A stretch of DNA of 64,000 nucleotides from sequence record NC_050153.1; one strand, given 5' to 3'. How positions within the stretch are numbered: the first letter of the stretch is position 1; every line of letters starts with the position of its first letter. Of this stretch, positions 30,370-39,571 are shown piece by piece. A program made the position numbers and the translations under genes. The notes beneath the pieces are model-generated. The model was not told the DNA's origin. It was given only the letters and a program-made list of their open reading frames with translations, and did not search any database. Source of the stretch: Escherichia phage vB_EcoM-Ro157c2YLVW.

Positions 30370-32076
30370 TTACTCAGAGTCACCGGCATCAATCGTGTCG
30401 CCGCTTATGAAGTTAAGCCCGCCTTTTTTGGCCATTGTCAGCGTTACACGAGTGAAGTAATCAGCGCCGTTGCGTGGGTGCATATCGTTGATAGCCGAAC
30501 CCCACAGTGTGGTACGGTTGACCAGCGCCGGAGTGGTCGGATGCTGGAACGGGATAGCCGGGACAGCATCACCAGTCACGAAGCCTGCTTTACCCGGATT
30601 TTCATCACGGACGTAGCACAGCACATCCATCGAGCTGAACTGAATGTTCTCTGTCGTTAAGTTCTTACAAATACCAGCAGGTACTTCGTACACTTTCACG
30701 TTACCGAACAGGGTACCGATGTAGTGAACATACGGAGTCTGGATATAGTCTTCGGCTGGCTGGAAGAAATCCTTCGGCAACTGTTTGAAGAAAGATGCTG
30801 CATCAGCACCAGCAAACATCCCCATCGCACCAGAAGATTTAACGCGCTCAATAATGTCGCGATATACAGTCTGGAATTTGCCACGAATGATGGTTGCCCA
30901 TACATTAAAGGACTGGTTAACCGGCAGAGCGATGTCAAAGGTGTCGGTCGCAAGAGTACGCCAGATCATGATGCGAAGACGCAGCATATCCTGTTCATGA
31001 GACAGGTATTCCTTCAGGGTGCGGAACTGTAGGGAACCCAGGTCCAGACCAAATTCACGCTGTGCTTCATACGCCGCCTGTACCGTGTGCTCAGCCGCGA
31101 TAACGAACTGACTTGGGAACAGGGTGTATTTCTTCATTTCGTGGTTGATCAGCGGGATCAGCTCAGGTGCGGCTTCAATATTGATTTCCGTCTCAATTGC
31201 GATCTCAGTGCCTTTATCCGGCGCTTTGGAGAACGACAGGGCAATCTGACCAATGTTGTAGTTCAGAGAGCAGGTAACAGTGATTTGCTCACCAGCAGCA
31301 TTAGTAAACGAGTGAAGTAGGCTGCCGGAACCGTTATCAACAACAGACTTAATACGGTTAACGTAGATGTTAGTGCGACCTTTTCGGATTGGTACATTCT
31401 GGCCTTCGAAGTCTTCCATCTTGAAGGTTGCGGTTTTGCTGGTGCCATCGGAGCTTGCCACCAGCACATAGCGGCGACGTAACTGGCTGTACACACCAAC
31501 GGATTGCATGTCCAGAACATCACCAGCAGCATAAGAACCAAAAGAGGAACCTGCCACGTTAAAGACTTCATAGATGTCGGACTGGTCACGCGTAACCGGA
31601 ATGAAGGTACACGCATCAGCGGTAGCTGCCCCCAACTGAACAGGCAGGATCATCGCGAGGAATAAAGGCAGACGCATAACACCGTCAGAAACGCTCATCA
31701 TCTCTGCTGCGACGGATTCCAGCATCGCTTTATTAGTGGCATCCATGCTATTGCGGGTGGACTCAATCAGGCAGTTTTCCAGCGTCTGGTGGCAGGAGGC
31801 CAGAATTTCCGGACGCGGCATAGATTTATGTGCTGCGGCGTAGTCAGCCAGTGCACTTGCCCACGCTGTAGCGATTTGAGCGGTGGCATTATCAGAGATA
31901 CCCGCAAAAACCGGGTCTTTACGTGCAGCTTCAAGGATAGATGCGGCACGCGCGGCATCATCTTTAATGAATTGGTTATCAGTACCGAACTGCGCAGTGC
32001 TTGCCCAGCCAAGCACAGCTTTAGAGCGTTTTGCGATATCTGCAATACGATTCTGGTATTCGCGTAAGTTACTCAA
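30370..32076 (-). CDS. major virion structural protein (major head protein candidate), TTG start
   Basis: No in-frame ATG for ~100 codons; TTG at 32076 sits 6 nt after an AAGGAAGAG RBS. Confidence 0.45.
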   Translation of the reverse strand: MSNLREYQNRIADIAKRSKAVLGWASTAQFGTDNQFIKDDAARAASILEAARKDPVFAGISDNATAQIATAWASALADYAAAHKSMPRPEILASCHQTLENCLIESTRNSMDATNKAMLESVAAEMMSVSDGVMRLPLFLAMILPVQLGAATADACTFIPVTRDQSDIYEVFNVAGSSFGSYAAGDVLDMQSVGVYSQLRRRYVLVASSDGTSKTATFKMEDFEGQNVPIRKGRTNIYVNRIKSVVDNGSGSLLHSFTNAAGEQITVTCSLNYNIGQIALSFSKAPDKGTEIAIETEINIEAAPELIPLINHEMKKYTLFPSQFVIAAEHTVQAAYEAQREFGLDLGSLQFRTLKEYLSHEQDMLRLRIMIWRTLATDTFDIALPVNQSFNVWATIIRGKFQTVYRDIIERVKSSGAMGMFAGADAASFFKQLPKDFFQPAEDYIQTPYVHYIGTLFGNVKVYEVPAGICKNLTTENIQFSSMDVLCYVRDENPGKAGFVTGDAVPAIPFQHPTTPALVNRTTLWGSAINDMHPRNGADYFTRVTLTMAKKGGLNFISGDTIDAGDSE

Positions 32077-32209
32077 TTTACTCTTCCTTAAACACAAGGC
32101 ACTTGTGTGAATCCCTTTTCGGAAGAGATTTTATTGAAAGTCACTTGTTGACTTTCTCGTGACAAGCAATTTTTTTATTTTTTCGGGAGTAGGGGAGGAA
32201 GGTAAAATC

Positions 32210-32300
32210 CAAGGTGAAATCGTGGCGATTTCACCTTGAAATTTTAGATGGATTTACTTTAAAAACAGTAGGTTAATAGTGAAATTTGAATGGCGAAAGT
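32210..32300. promoter_or_regulatory. parS: parS-like partition site
   Basis: Heptamer ATTTCAC boxes in a palindrome GTGAAATCGTGGCGATTTCAC (32214-32234) and a second GTGAAAT...TGGCGA; immediately downstream of parB. Confidence 0.6.
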
Positions 32301-33302
32301 TTAAGGCTTCGGCTTTTTATCGAGGCTCTTTCTAAGGATATGCCCAATCATCCTGTCGAGTTCTTCCTGTAGCTCTTTTGAAAGTCGATTAAACTCATAA
32401 GAAAATGCACGGCCTTTCACGCGCTTCCTTGCAAAGCGATCCTTGTCCTCAAATTTCCATAATTCAGTAACTACGGACTTATCTTTAGAACCTTTATCCG
32501 TGAGTAGTGAGGCTTCCTTTGTTATCAAGCGCAGGATTTTATTTTTAACTTCATCTTCGGCCATTTCTTCAATGGATAAGATGTCGTTTATTTCCGGGGA
32601 TATGTTTTGAATAAGCTGATCAAACTCTAAATTCTTGTTCCCCATTTCGTCGCCAACAGCACAAAGCGTTTTGTAGTCCGAAAAGGTTAATTCCGACTGC
32701 ACAGGGAAAAGGGCGACTAATTCTTCCGGAGCACTCGCTGCCTGGAGAGCACGCGTGACCTTAGCCTGAGACAGCCCTTCTTTGGCTGCAATATCCTTCT
32801 GACTCATCCCATCATTTTTCATTCGCATCAAACGCAGACCTATTTCTCGAATGCTGTGCTGCAATGCTGTCTGAACGTCTTTCGCTAAATTTTGCGCTTC
32901 CTGAACGCTGATCTCCTGGTCCGTGACTAAAACCCGCAACCCTACGTTCTCTAAGATGGCAGAAGCTCGACGCCGGGAACCATCCAAAATTTCAATTTTC
33001 CCTGTACCCCGTCTAACACCTATTGCAGGGTAAAATTGCTGATGCTTAATAGTGCTTCGGATACTTTTTAATGATTTTGGCGTAAGAGATGCCTGGTCAC
33101 GCCCGTTGTTATGCTGATCAACAAAGGTATCGCTTTCTACCTGGTTCGGAGGTATTACCTCTTCAATAAATGTGGCCTGGCGACCAGTTGATAACTTGAA
33201 TACCTGCTCGACTCGATCGCCAGAGGCTGAAGAACTATCAAATCCGCTTAATATTGAAGGATTAAGGGTTCGCCCAATTGTTGGTCTGTTTTTCTTTGAC
33301 AT
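32301..33302 (-). CDS. parB: partition protein ParB (P1 ParB/SopB family)
   Basis: 333-aa ORF; ParB N-terminal box (...KIEILDGSRR...) and HTH (...MSQKDIAAKEGLSQAKVTRAL...). Confidence 0.85.
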   Translation of the reverse strand: MSKKNRPTIGRTLNPSILSGFDSSSASGDRVEQVFKLSTGRQATFIEEVIPPNQVESDTFVDQHNNGRDQASLTPKSLKSIRSTIKHQQFYPAIGVRRGTGKIEILDGSRRRASAILENVGLRVLVTDQEISVQEAQNLAKDVQTALQHSIREIGLRLMRMKNDGMSQKDIAAKEGLSQAKVTRALQAASAPEELVALFPVQSELTFSDYKTLCAVGDEMGNKNLEFDQLIQNISPEINDILSIEEMAEDEVKNKILRLITKEASLLTDKGSKDKSVVTELWKFEDKDRFARKRVKGRAFSYEFNRLSKELQEELDRMIGHILRKSLDKKPKP

Positions 33303-33318
33303 GGGGGTTTCTTACTCC

Positions 33319-34515
33319 TCAGTTAGATCTGATAAATTCAATACGGTCAAAAACTGCTTTAGCAAAATCTTCCGCGGCAATTCGCGCGTTCTTCAATGCA
33401 TCAGCACTACCAACATACGTTGCCGGGTTAGCTGAAATAACAGTGTCAAAAGACTCGCCGCAACGTTCAAAACCGTCAAGGCGAGGGAGGACGACATCGA
33501 GCATATCCCCACCGAACACTTCTTTAGCCAGGCTATGGCAATACTTATGATCTGCCTTGTTACTCAACTTGGACATAAAACCAATGTTAGTCGCAAGCTG
33601 GCACTCGCAGCCTTCATCCGAAATGAGTTTCACCAACTCAGGAAGGCGGGCAACGTATTTAAGCGATGAGTGGAAATCGACAGTTGCTGGCGGCAGAGGT
33701 GTAAACAGTATATTGGCCGAGGCCAAAGCATTTTTCAGGAAGGCGTCAAGGTGAGGACCACTATCAACGAGGATAAAGTCATAATCGCTCTTCAGCTTAT
33801 CAATCACATTTTCTTTCAGGACAGCATGGATGTTCTGACCCGGTAGATGCTCATTGCACAGCTCTCTCCAATCGGATGCAATAAAGGCATCGTCAATCGA
33901 CGCAGGCATAACGTCAACCCCAGGTACAACAGAAGGAACAATAAACTCCTCTAACAGCTCTTCACGGCTTACATTCTGCAACATAGCCTGTGCAGATGTT
34001 GCGTTTACGATACCAATAGAGTGTTTATGGCTTAAAAACATCGTTGCTGAAGATTGCGGATCAAGGTCAATAACCAGAATCCTTAAATCTTCCATCAGAA
34101 GATGAGGGTGAGCACGCATTGCATGCGCCAGAGAAACCGTCGATACAGTTTTTGACACACCGCCTTTAAGATTGGAGATGAAAATCACATACGCTTCGCT
34201 GTAGCGATCCCGGTATTTTGGCACTCCGCGATGTTCATATATGTCAATGATGTTCTGAATTGACATCGCATATTTCATTGAAGAGCCAGCAGGGCGTTTA
34301 TCGAAAACATAACCCTTTTCTTCCATTTCACTTACGGCATAGTCAACGTTCGCTCGAGTCAGTAGAGGCAATTTTGCCAGTGCCGCTTTCGCATAGACCT
34401 GGTAAAACTCGTTCGCGTGTAGCTCATCCTTTTGCAACTGTACTTGTTCAGTCAGAACATTGAGCATTCTGTTTGCTCTTTGAGCAACCTTGTGAAGCTG
34501 GCTGGAATCACTCAT
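33319..34515 (-). CDS. parA: partition ATPase ParA (type Ia, long N-terminal HTH form)
   Basis: 398-aa ORF; deviant Walker A NLKGGVSKTVSTVSLA; LVIDLDPQSS; FILVDSGP. Confidence 0.85.
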   Translation of the reverse strand: MSDSSQLHKVAQRANRMLNVLTEQVQLQKDELHANEFYQVYAKAALAKLPLLTRANVDYAVSEMEEKGYVFDKRPAGSSMKYAMSIQNIIDIYEHRGVPKYRDRYSEAYVIFISNLKGGVSKTVSTVSLAHAMRAHPHLLMEDLRILVIDLDPQSSATMFLSHKHSIGIVNATSAQAMLQNVSREELLEEFIVPSVVPGVDVMPASIDDAFIASDWRELCNEHLPGQNIHAVLKENVIDKLKSDYDFILVDSGPHLDAFLKNALASANILFTPLPPATVDFHSSLKYVARLPELVKLISDEGCECQLATNIGFMSKLSNKADHKYCHSLAKEVFGGDMLDVVLPRLDGFERCGESFDTVISANPATYVGSADALKNARIAAEDFAKAVFDRIEFIRSN

Positions 34516-34651
34516 CGAAAGTCATCCTTTATGCTGTATTTTTGAATTTAATTAAAAATGCTGCATAAAATAATAATGTATGCGTAGATGCTTGTACATG
34601 GCATTCTCTGCATGTTTTGTTCATTTTGCACGATTGAGAGTTACAAGAAAG

Positions 34652-34676
34652 GCACAAAAAAGCCCCGTTCAGGGGC
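34652..34676 (-). terminator. rho-independent terminator after the T5orf172 gene
   Basis: Minus-strand GCCCC-TGAAC-GGGGC followed by TTTTTTGTG. Confidence 0.6.
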
Positions 34677-34683
34677 ATCAGTG

Positions 34684-35493
34684 TTATTTGCTAAGAGCAG
34701 CGAATAATCGTTCGAAATCGATAGTATCTATAGCACGCGTAAGCGCCGGAAGTTCAGCCTCAAAGTACCCGTGTCGATCGTAAAAGAAGGGACCGAAGAG
34801 CGAGGCATGTTGGATTCTACTTCGCCCCAGCCCGGACACACAGTTAAGCCCATTACCGGCTAAAAGGCTAAAAAACTTCTCTGGATTATCGTGGTAAAGC
34901 TGAGAATCAATGGTGGCGGTTAACTCTTCCATAGGGAAGCACACCCGCCCTGTCTCCCAGGGATATTTAGTCCGAAGCATAAACATTGCTTTCAGCAATT
35001 CACATTGAGCGTGGATCGCGTCCGGTTCATAGCCAGATATGGAGACATAAGCCACGTCCCTCATTCCTGCGTCATCTTTGAAAGTCACGATAGAAGTAAC
35101 ATCCAGCTCTTTTTCGAAAGAGCAAGCAGCATCTACTGGACGCTGAAGTAAATCATTCGACTTAATGCGCTTGAGAATCCCTCCCCACATATCATTTAGA
35201 TATTCGATATGAGCCAAAACCTTATCAAGACACTCTCGTGTAAACCATTCAGTATGCCCGCCACCGGCGCTTTTCTCCCACGGCGCATTCCAAGGGAAAA
35301 AGGTTGCGTGTAAAGCCCGCTCAAGATTAACCATTGCCAAACGCGTACCACGATAGACCCGTGAAAGCGCAAAATCGGGACTCACTTGTAGCCCTTTAAA
35401 CCGTGCCAATGGACCACATGAAATGCCGATTTTAAAAGTATCTCCGTTCTCTGGCACCAGAACGTAGAGGTAGTGTTGTTTCTCTTCTTGCAT
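34684..35493 (-). CDS. T5orf172 (GIY-YIG-like) domain protein with uncharacterised C-terminal domain
   Basis: 269-aa ORF; N-terminus HYLYVLVPENGDTFKIGIS...RFKGLQV...ERALHATFF...GGHTEWF matches the T5orf172 pattern (Y-x-Y...KIG...R...E..LH...TEWF). Confidence 0.6.
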   Translation of the reverse strand: MQEEKQHYLYVLVPENGDTFKIGISCGPLARFKGLQVSPDFALSRVYRGTRLAMVNLERALHATFFPWNAPWEKSAGGGHTEWFTRECLDKVLAHIEYLNDMWGGILKRIKSNDLLQRPVDAACSFEKELDVTSIVTFKDDAGMRDVAYVSISGYEPDAIHAQCELLKAMFMLRTKYPWETGRVCFPMEELTATIDSQLYHDNPEKFFSLLAGNGLNCVSGLGRSRIQHASLFGPFFYDRHGYFEAELPALTRAIDTIDFERLFAALSK

Positions 35494-35527
35494 ATCAATA
35501 CCACTGCTTGATGAGAACCGCGCAAAT

Positions 35528-35785
35528 GTTGACTATGCGCGAAGGTTAATGTGAATAGTTGACTATGCGCGATGTGACTACAGTCAAAAGTTGACTGTAG
35601 TCGATTTAACTCCACCAAAGATCGACTATGTAAGATATTGTCGGGAGAAACGTTGACTATACGCGATGAAATGACCCTAAAAGCCATCTCAATAGCGACT
35701 TGCAGAATATTGACGCCAGCAAAAATCCACCAGCGTCAACGAATGTCGCCTATAGTCAACTTCTCGCTATCGCATATAGTCAATA
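35528..35785. repeat. incA-like iteron array (RepA-binding copy-control locus)
   Basis: At least 8 copies of a ~15-19-bp iteron with core GTTGACTATGCGCGA / TCGCATATAGTCAA in both orientations. Confidence 0.7.
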
Positions 35786-36670
35786 TTATGGATTGCGCTT
35801 ATGGATCTGGAAGCCGATTTTCCTGCCGTTTTTTATCTCTGAAAATTTAAGATATTCAATAGATTCCAAATCTTTCATGGCTTTTCTGATAACGCTATTT
35901 TGCACGCTAACGGATGATTTGAGATTAAGCCTCGCTCTAAGGCGCTCAATGCTGACAGGTGCAGGGTTGGCGGGTAGAGCCTCAAAGAATGTATACAGTA
36001 CCTTGGCCGTCTCTTTGCGCCCGAGCTTATCCAGCATCTTCAGCTTCAGGATTCGCTTATAGTCAACATAGTAAAGTTCAGATAGCTGTTTCTGCGGCTG
36101 GATCTCAATAACATCAAGCTCGGTATTCAGGCTGCTATATGCCAACAAGTTGACGTTAATGTTATTGAGATGACCTTTTGCCGCCGGGAAGCGGAATTTG
36201 ACAACTGTCTGCTGAATGCGTGTCAGAGAGTCATCAATACTTTTACGGAACGCCTTTGAAAGGCGCTTACGTGGATAGCCGCATCGATCGGCAAACTCGG
36301 AGAATGGCAGGGTGATGATACCGTCATCATCAGGTGCGTAGTCAAACAACGCGGAGGTTATGCCCACCCACACCTTAAAATCAGTATCCATATCCAGGCG
36401 TGGACCATGAATTTCAATTCCCTCATAGCCTTCCTGCTCAACAATTTTGAGGCTTGATAGTTCTTCGGTTGCGTTCGTTGTGTTTGTAGTAACTGACGAT
36501 CCGCGACGTAGTGCCACATTGGTAGATTTTAAGGTTGGCACAAACACACCTAAGCGCAACAAAGCAATGGGTTGTATAGTGCTATTGTTATTGGGTTTCA
36601 GGCTGTGGATTTCTCCTGTATTTCCTGCAACTTCTTCAACGCTAAGGAAGCCTTTATTTTCTTCCAGCAT
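35786..36670 (-). CDS. repA: plasmid replication initiator RepA (iteron-binding)
   Basis: RepA-like sequence (...GPRLDMDTDFKVWVGI...); start assigned to the ATG at 36670 with GGAG RBS (track ORF extends to 36727); flanked by iterons on both sides. Confidence 0.8.
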   Translation of the reverse strand: MLEENKGFLSVEEVAGNTGEIHSLKPNNNSTIQPIALLRLGVFVPTLKSTNVALRRGSSVTTNTTNATEELSSLKIVEQEGYEGIEIHGPRLDMDTDFKVWVGITSALFDYAPDDDGIITLPFSEFADRCGYPRKRLSKAFRKSIDDSLTRIQQTVVKFRFPAAKGHLNNINVNLLAYSSLNTELDVIEIQPQKQLSELYYVDYKRILKLKMLDKLGRKETAKVLYTFFEALPANPAPVSIERLRARLNLKSSVSVQNSVIRKAMKDLESIEYLKFSEIKNGRKIGFQIHKRNP

Positions 36671-36747
36671 CGTGGTTTCTCCATATGTGGCGCGGCCTGG
36701 CGTCATCTGGATTGCAGTTATCAACAACTGTGAATAGTCAGGCTCTA

Positions 36748-36851
36748 AAATCGCGTACAGTCAATGTTTCTGTCGCATATAGTCAACAATAAATCGCGTG
36801 CAGTCAACAATAAATCGTGCACAGTCAACATAAAATCGCGTATAGTCAATG
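36748..36851. repeat. incC-like iteron array (5 direct repeats) in the repA promoter/origin
   Basis: Five ~19-bp repeats AAATCGCGTACAGTCAATG / TGTCGCATATAGTCAACAA / AAATCGCGTGCAGTCAACAA / AAATCGTGCACAGTCAACAT / AAATCGCGTATAGTCAATGT. Confidence 0.75.
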
Positions 36852-36859
36852 TTGATCCC

Positions 36860-36965
36860 ATTTCAGGCCAGAAATGGCGCGGCTTACAGCGATCCGGGAT
36901 CTTCTTTGGATCTTCCTGGGTTCTCTTTAGGATCTGTTTATTGGATCTATGCTGTGGATAAGTTG
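36860..36965. other. plasmid origin (oriR-like): GATC cluster and DnaA box
   Basis: Five GATC sites within ~70 bp (36890-36947) and a perfect DnaA box TTATCCACA (complement of 36953-36961). Confidence 0.65.
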
Positions 36966-36969
36966 AATA

Positions 36970-36990
36970 AACCGGCCAACATAGCCGGTT
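36970..36990. terminator. hairpin terminator candidate
   Basis: AACCGGC-CAACATA-GCCGGTT. Confidence 0.4.
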
Positions 36991-37003
36991 GGAAGGAAGG
37001 GTA

Positions 37004-37396
37004 TTATTCTACGCTTTCGATAAGAAGACCATGTTCATAACATTTAAGCTCATCGCCTTCGTACAGGAATTGGTATCCAATACCACCATTTTCATGGACA
37101 TTAGGGAATAACTCATAACTCACTGAAGAGCAAATCACACCAATGCAGCGATCAACGCCTTCTCGTTCTTCAGTGCTGAAAAAATCCTCTTCGGTAAGAA
37201 CATGAGTACATTGCTCATCAGCATAGGTCGGAAATACATGCTCGATGCAATCCGGGTGTTTTAAACCAAGCTGATCGGCAAGCTCGAAAGCATGACGGTA
37301 TTGTTCAGATCCTGGCTTGCCAACAGTGATGTGCTCAATTTTGTAGATTGAAGTCGCTTTGTTGATAGTTTGCTTTACTGTTACTTTATCAGACAT
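37004..37396 (-). CDS. hypothetical protein
   Basis: 130-aa ORF, Cys/His-containing; no family recognised. Confidence 0.45.
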   Translation of the reverse strand: MSDKVTVKQTINKATSIYKIEHITVGKPGSEQYRHAFELADQLGLKHPDCIEHVFPTYADEQCTHVLTEEDFFSTEEREGVDRCIGVICSSVSYELFPNVHENGGIGYQFLYEGDELKCYEHGLLIESVE

Positions 37397-37407
37397 AAAA
37401 ATCCCTT

Positions 37408-37740
37408 TTAGTTACCGCTGATAGCGCGGTTGTAATCATTAACGTTGCGATTCTTCCTGTTAATCCCCATCAGCATCGTTTCTGTATCGAGGATATACGC
37501 TGGCAGATCATCAAAATATTCACTGCTAAACTCTGGCATCCTGCACATAAACGCACTTTTGGGGGCAGGGTGGTTAACCTTTGTCGGCGTCGGCGTTAAA
37601 TTCGCTGATCGACTCCCGGAGCAACCGCTGAGTGTCAGCAGGAATGCGCTGGCGAACATTACCCGCCGCAACCAGTTGTTTCTGAACTTCAGCTTTTCGT
37701 TCCATTTGCCTGTCAGCATATTTGGCTTGTTCTGATTCAT
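37408..37740 (-). CDS. lipoprotein (lipobox LTLSGC), o-spanin-like; overlaps the upstream gene out of frame
   Basis: Signal peptide with lipobox ...AFLLTLSG|C; ORF starts inside and extends beyond the 37574-37996 gene in another frame. Confidence 0.5.
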   Translation of the reverse strand: MNQNKPNMLTGKWNEKLKFRNNWLRRVMFASAFLLTLSGCSGSRSANLTPTPTKVNHPAPKSAFMCRMPEFSSEYFDDLPAYILDTETMLMGINRKNRNVNDYNRAISGN

Positions 37741-37996
37741 TTTTCACTTCCTGGCTGTGAAAATGTTGCTCTGCTTTGTTCATCGTCTCAATGGTCTGGT
37801 TAAGATCCATTATTGACTTATCACGTTCCTTAACAGCCTGATCAAGACTGCCAATTTTCTCCATGGCTTGCTTTAGCTGATGACGTTCCCATGCAAACCC
37901 AGCACCAACAAGTGCGCAAATCAGAACAAGAACACCAGTAGCAGCAAGTTTCTCCTTCAAAGACAAAGCTGTTTTTAACGTAGAAAAGAATGACAT
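37574..37996 (-). CDS. i-spanin-like protein (N-terminal TM helix plus periplasmic coiled coil)
   Basis: Start MSFFSTLK with AGGAGG RBS; TM segment ATGVLVLICALVGAGFAW then charged coiled-coil region. Confidence 0.5.
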   Translation of the reverse strand: MSFFSTLKTALSLKEKLAATGVLVLICALVGAGFAWERHQLKQAMEKIGSLDQAVKERDKSIMDLNQTIETMNKAEQHFHSQEVKNESEQAKYADRQMERKAEVQKQLVAAGNVRQRIPADTQRLLRESISEFNADADKG

Positions 37997-38035
37997 GTCT
38001 TCCTCCTGAAGAAAAATTATCAATGAAGTCCTTTG

Positions 38036-38881
38036 TTACCGTGCCGCTTTGTTTAATTCATCAAGAACAGAATCAGGAACCAAAGCGGCGACTGCGCTGG
38101 CTGTGCTGGCCTTATTTGCTGATGCTTCCGCAAGCGCGGTACCGATAGCATGGTTATAAGCAGTTATGGCTACGTTGGCGCTTTCATTCGCTCGTTCATA
38201 CTGCTGTTGTAACGCAGTTGTGGGTGCTGTTGTCTGGTTGAAAACAACCCCAAACTGTTCAGTTGCTACTTTCAGAGATTCAATTTGCTCTTCTGTTAGT
38301 GCTGGTGGGGGAGTGGCAGTGCCGCCGCCTGAACCAGAGCCTGACGAGCTTTCTGAGCCAGTGTTAAGGGCCTGGTTAATCTCCCCCATTGCAGCGACTA
38401 AACTTGATGTATTAAGCGCGTTAACAGCGTCCTCAAGCGATTTAGTAATATTCACATCACCAATGGCAATAGAGATCGGCAGTTCTGAAACTTCTCGCTC
38501 ATTAGCACGGCAGTAAACATCCCAACCAATATCGAGTTGAAGCAGCATTGACAGATCTGCATAACCAGCCAACAGGTCCGCGTGCTTAGTTGCCAGTTCT
38601 CCAATGTTCGTTAAGCCGGTTGTGGTTGTTCTGATCGTTGAAACATAGCTGGTAATAGTGTCGGGATAGACAATTGTATCCAGAATTAATCCGGTCAATT
38701 CTTCTGCAAGCAGTTTTGCTGTGTTAGCACTGTTTCGTGCCGATGTTATGGCACCAGGTGTTTTCATCCCACCGGCGGCGGCCAATTTTTTATATGCGGA
38801 TAACTGGTAGTCTTTTTCCAGCATGATATCTCCTAACTTACCTGAACCAGGCCGTCTCCGGACGCTACGGTAGATCCGCAT
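38036..38881 (-). CDS. hypothetical protein (Thr/Ser/Ala-rich)
   Basis: 281-aa ORF. Confidence 0.45.
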   Translation of the reverse strand: MRIYRSVRRRPGSGKLGDIMLEKDYQLSAYKKLAAAGGMKTPGAITSARNSANTAKLLAEELTGLILDTIVYPDTITSYVSTIRTTTTGLTNIGELATKHADLLAGYADLSMLLQLDIGWDVYCRANEREVSELPISIAIGDVNITKSLEDAVNALNTSSLVAAMGEINQALNTGSESSSGSGSGGGTATPPPALTEEQIESLKVATEQFGVVFNQTTAPTTALQQQYERANESANVAITAYNHAIGTALAEASANKASTASAVAALVPDSVLDELNKAAR

Positions 38882-39117
38882 GAAACAGGGTCACCAACGC
38901 ATACGATCCCTTTACCATTGACGGTAAACCATGCCCTGGTTGATATAGCTTGCCCACCGTGCGTACTGTTTCCATCGGTATGCTGTGCATATTGCTTACC
39001 ATCAACTAACACTTCGACTCCGTTGACTTTAAGTAGTGGTTCACTCTCTACAGGAGGCCTGGATGGGAATCCTCCGTGCCCCGAACAAATGCTGTCTTTT
39101 GTTGCAATGCTTGCCAC
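38833..39117 (-). CDS. PAAR-like spike-tip protein candidate
   Basis: 94-aa ORF (GTG start); Gly-rich pattern with ...VNGKGIVCVGDPVSCGSTVASGDGLVQVS and ICSGHGG, resembling PAAR repeats. Confidence 0.45.
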   Translation of the reverse strand: MASIATKDSICSGHGGFPSRPPVESEPLLKVNGVEVLVDGKQYAQHTDGNSTHGGQAISTRAWFTVNGKGIVCVGDPVSCGSTVASGDGLVQVS

Positions 39118-39198
39118 GCCATCACCAATTATTTGCTCTGATTTTCGTTATTTTAACTTAGGTTATTTGTGGTCTGTATGGCGTTTACTTATCGCAAA

Positions 39199-39215
39199 AT
39201 TGCTCTAATAAATAT
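39199..39215 (+). promoter_or_regulatory. repressor operator-like site (ATTGCTCTAATAAATAT)
   Basis: 16/17 match to the recurring motif, upstream of the uhr-rdgC-dmt operon. Confidence 0.55.
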
Positions 39216-39286
39216 TGTTTTTTATGTCGTATTTTCGGTACCATTCAGCCATCGCCCTTCAATGGGCATTTGTTTGGAGTCGTCAG

Positions 39287-39571
39287 ATGCAGATGGAGCT
39301 AATAAGCCGCAAAGAGTTCGATAGCCGTGTAACCAGCGGTGAACTCGACAACTTGCAGGCTATCAAGGTGAAAGAAGGCTTTTGCCTCATTGGGAATCAG
39401 AGCGGAATAAATCGCGTTTTTATGCTTCGCCGTACGGATTTGAAGCCATTTGTCTGGAAGAACGAAATTGGTCCCAGCTCATACGCTCAAACGAGGGGGT
39501 GCCACAACCTGGCCTTTTTCTACAAAGACGAGCTTTCTGTGGTTGATATTCAAGGGTTACAACATGTTTAA
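39287..39571 (+). CDS. small protein upstream of the rdgC homologue
   Basis: Start MQMELIS with GGAG RBS; stop overlaps the rdgC start (ATGTTTAA). Confidence 0.5.
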   Translation: MQMELISRKEFDSRVTSGELDNLQAIKVKEGFCLIGNQSGINRVFMLRRTDLKPFVWKNEIGPSSYAQTRGCHNLAFFYKDELSVVDIQGLQHV

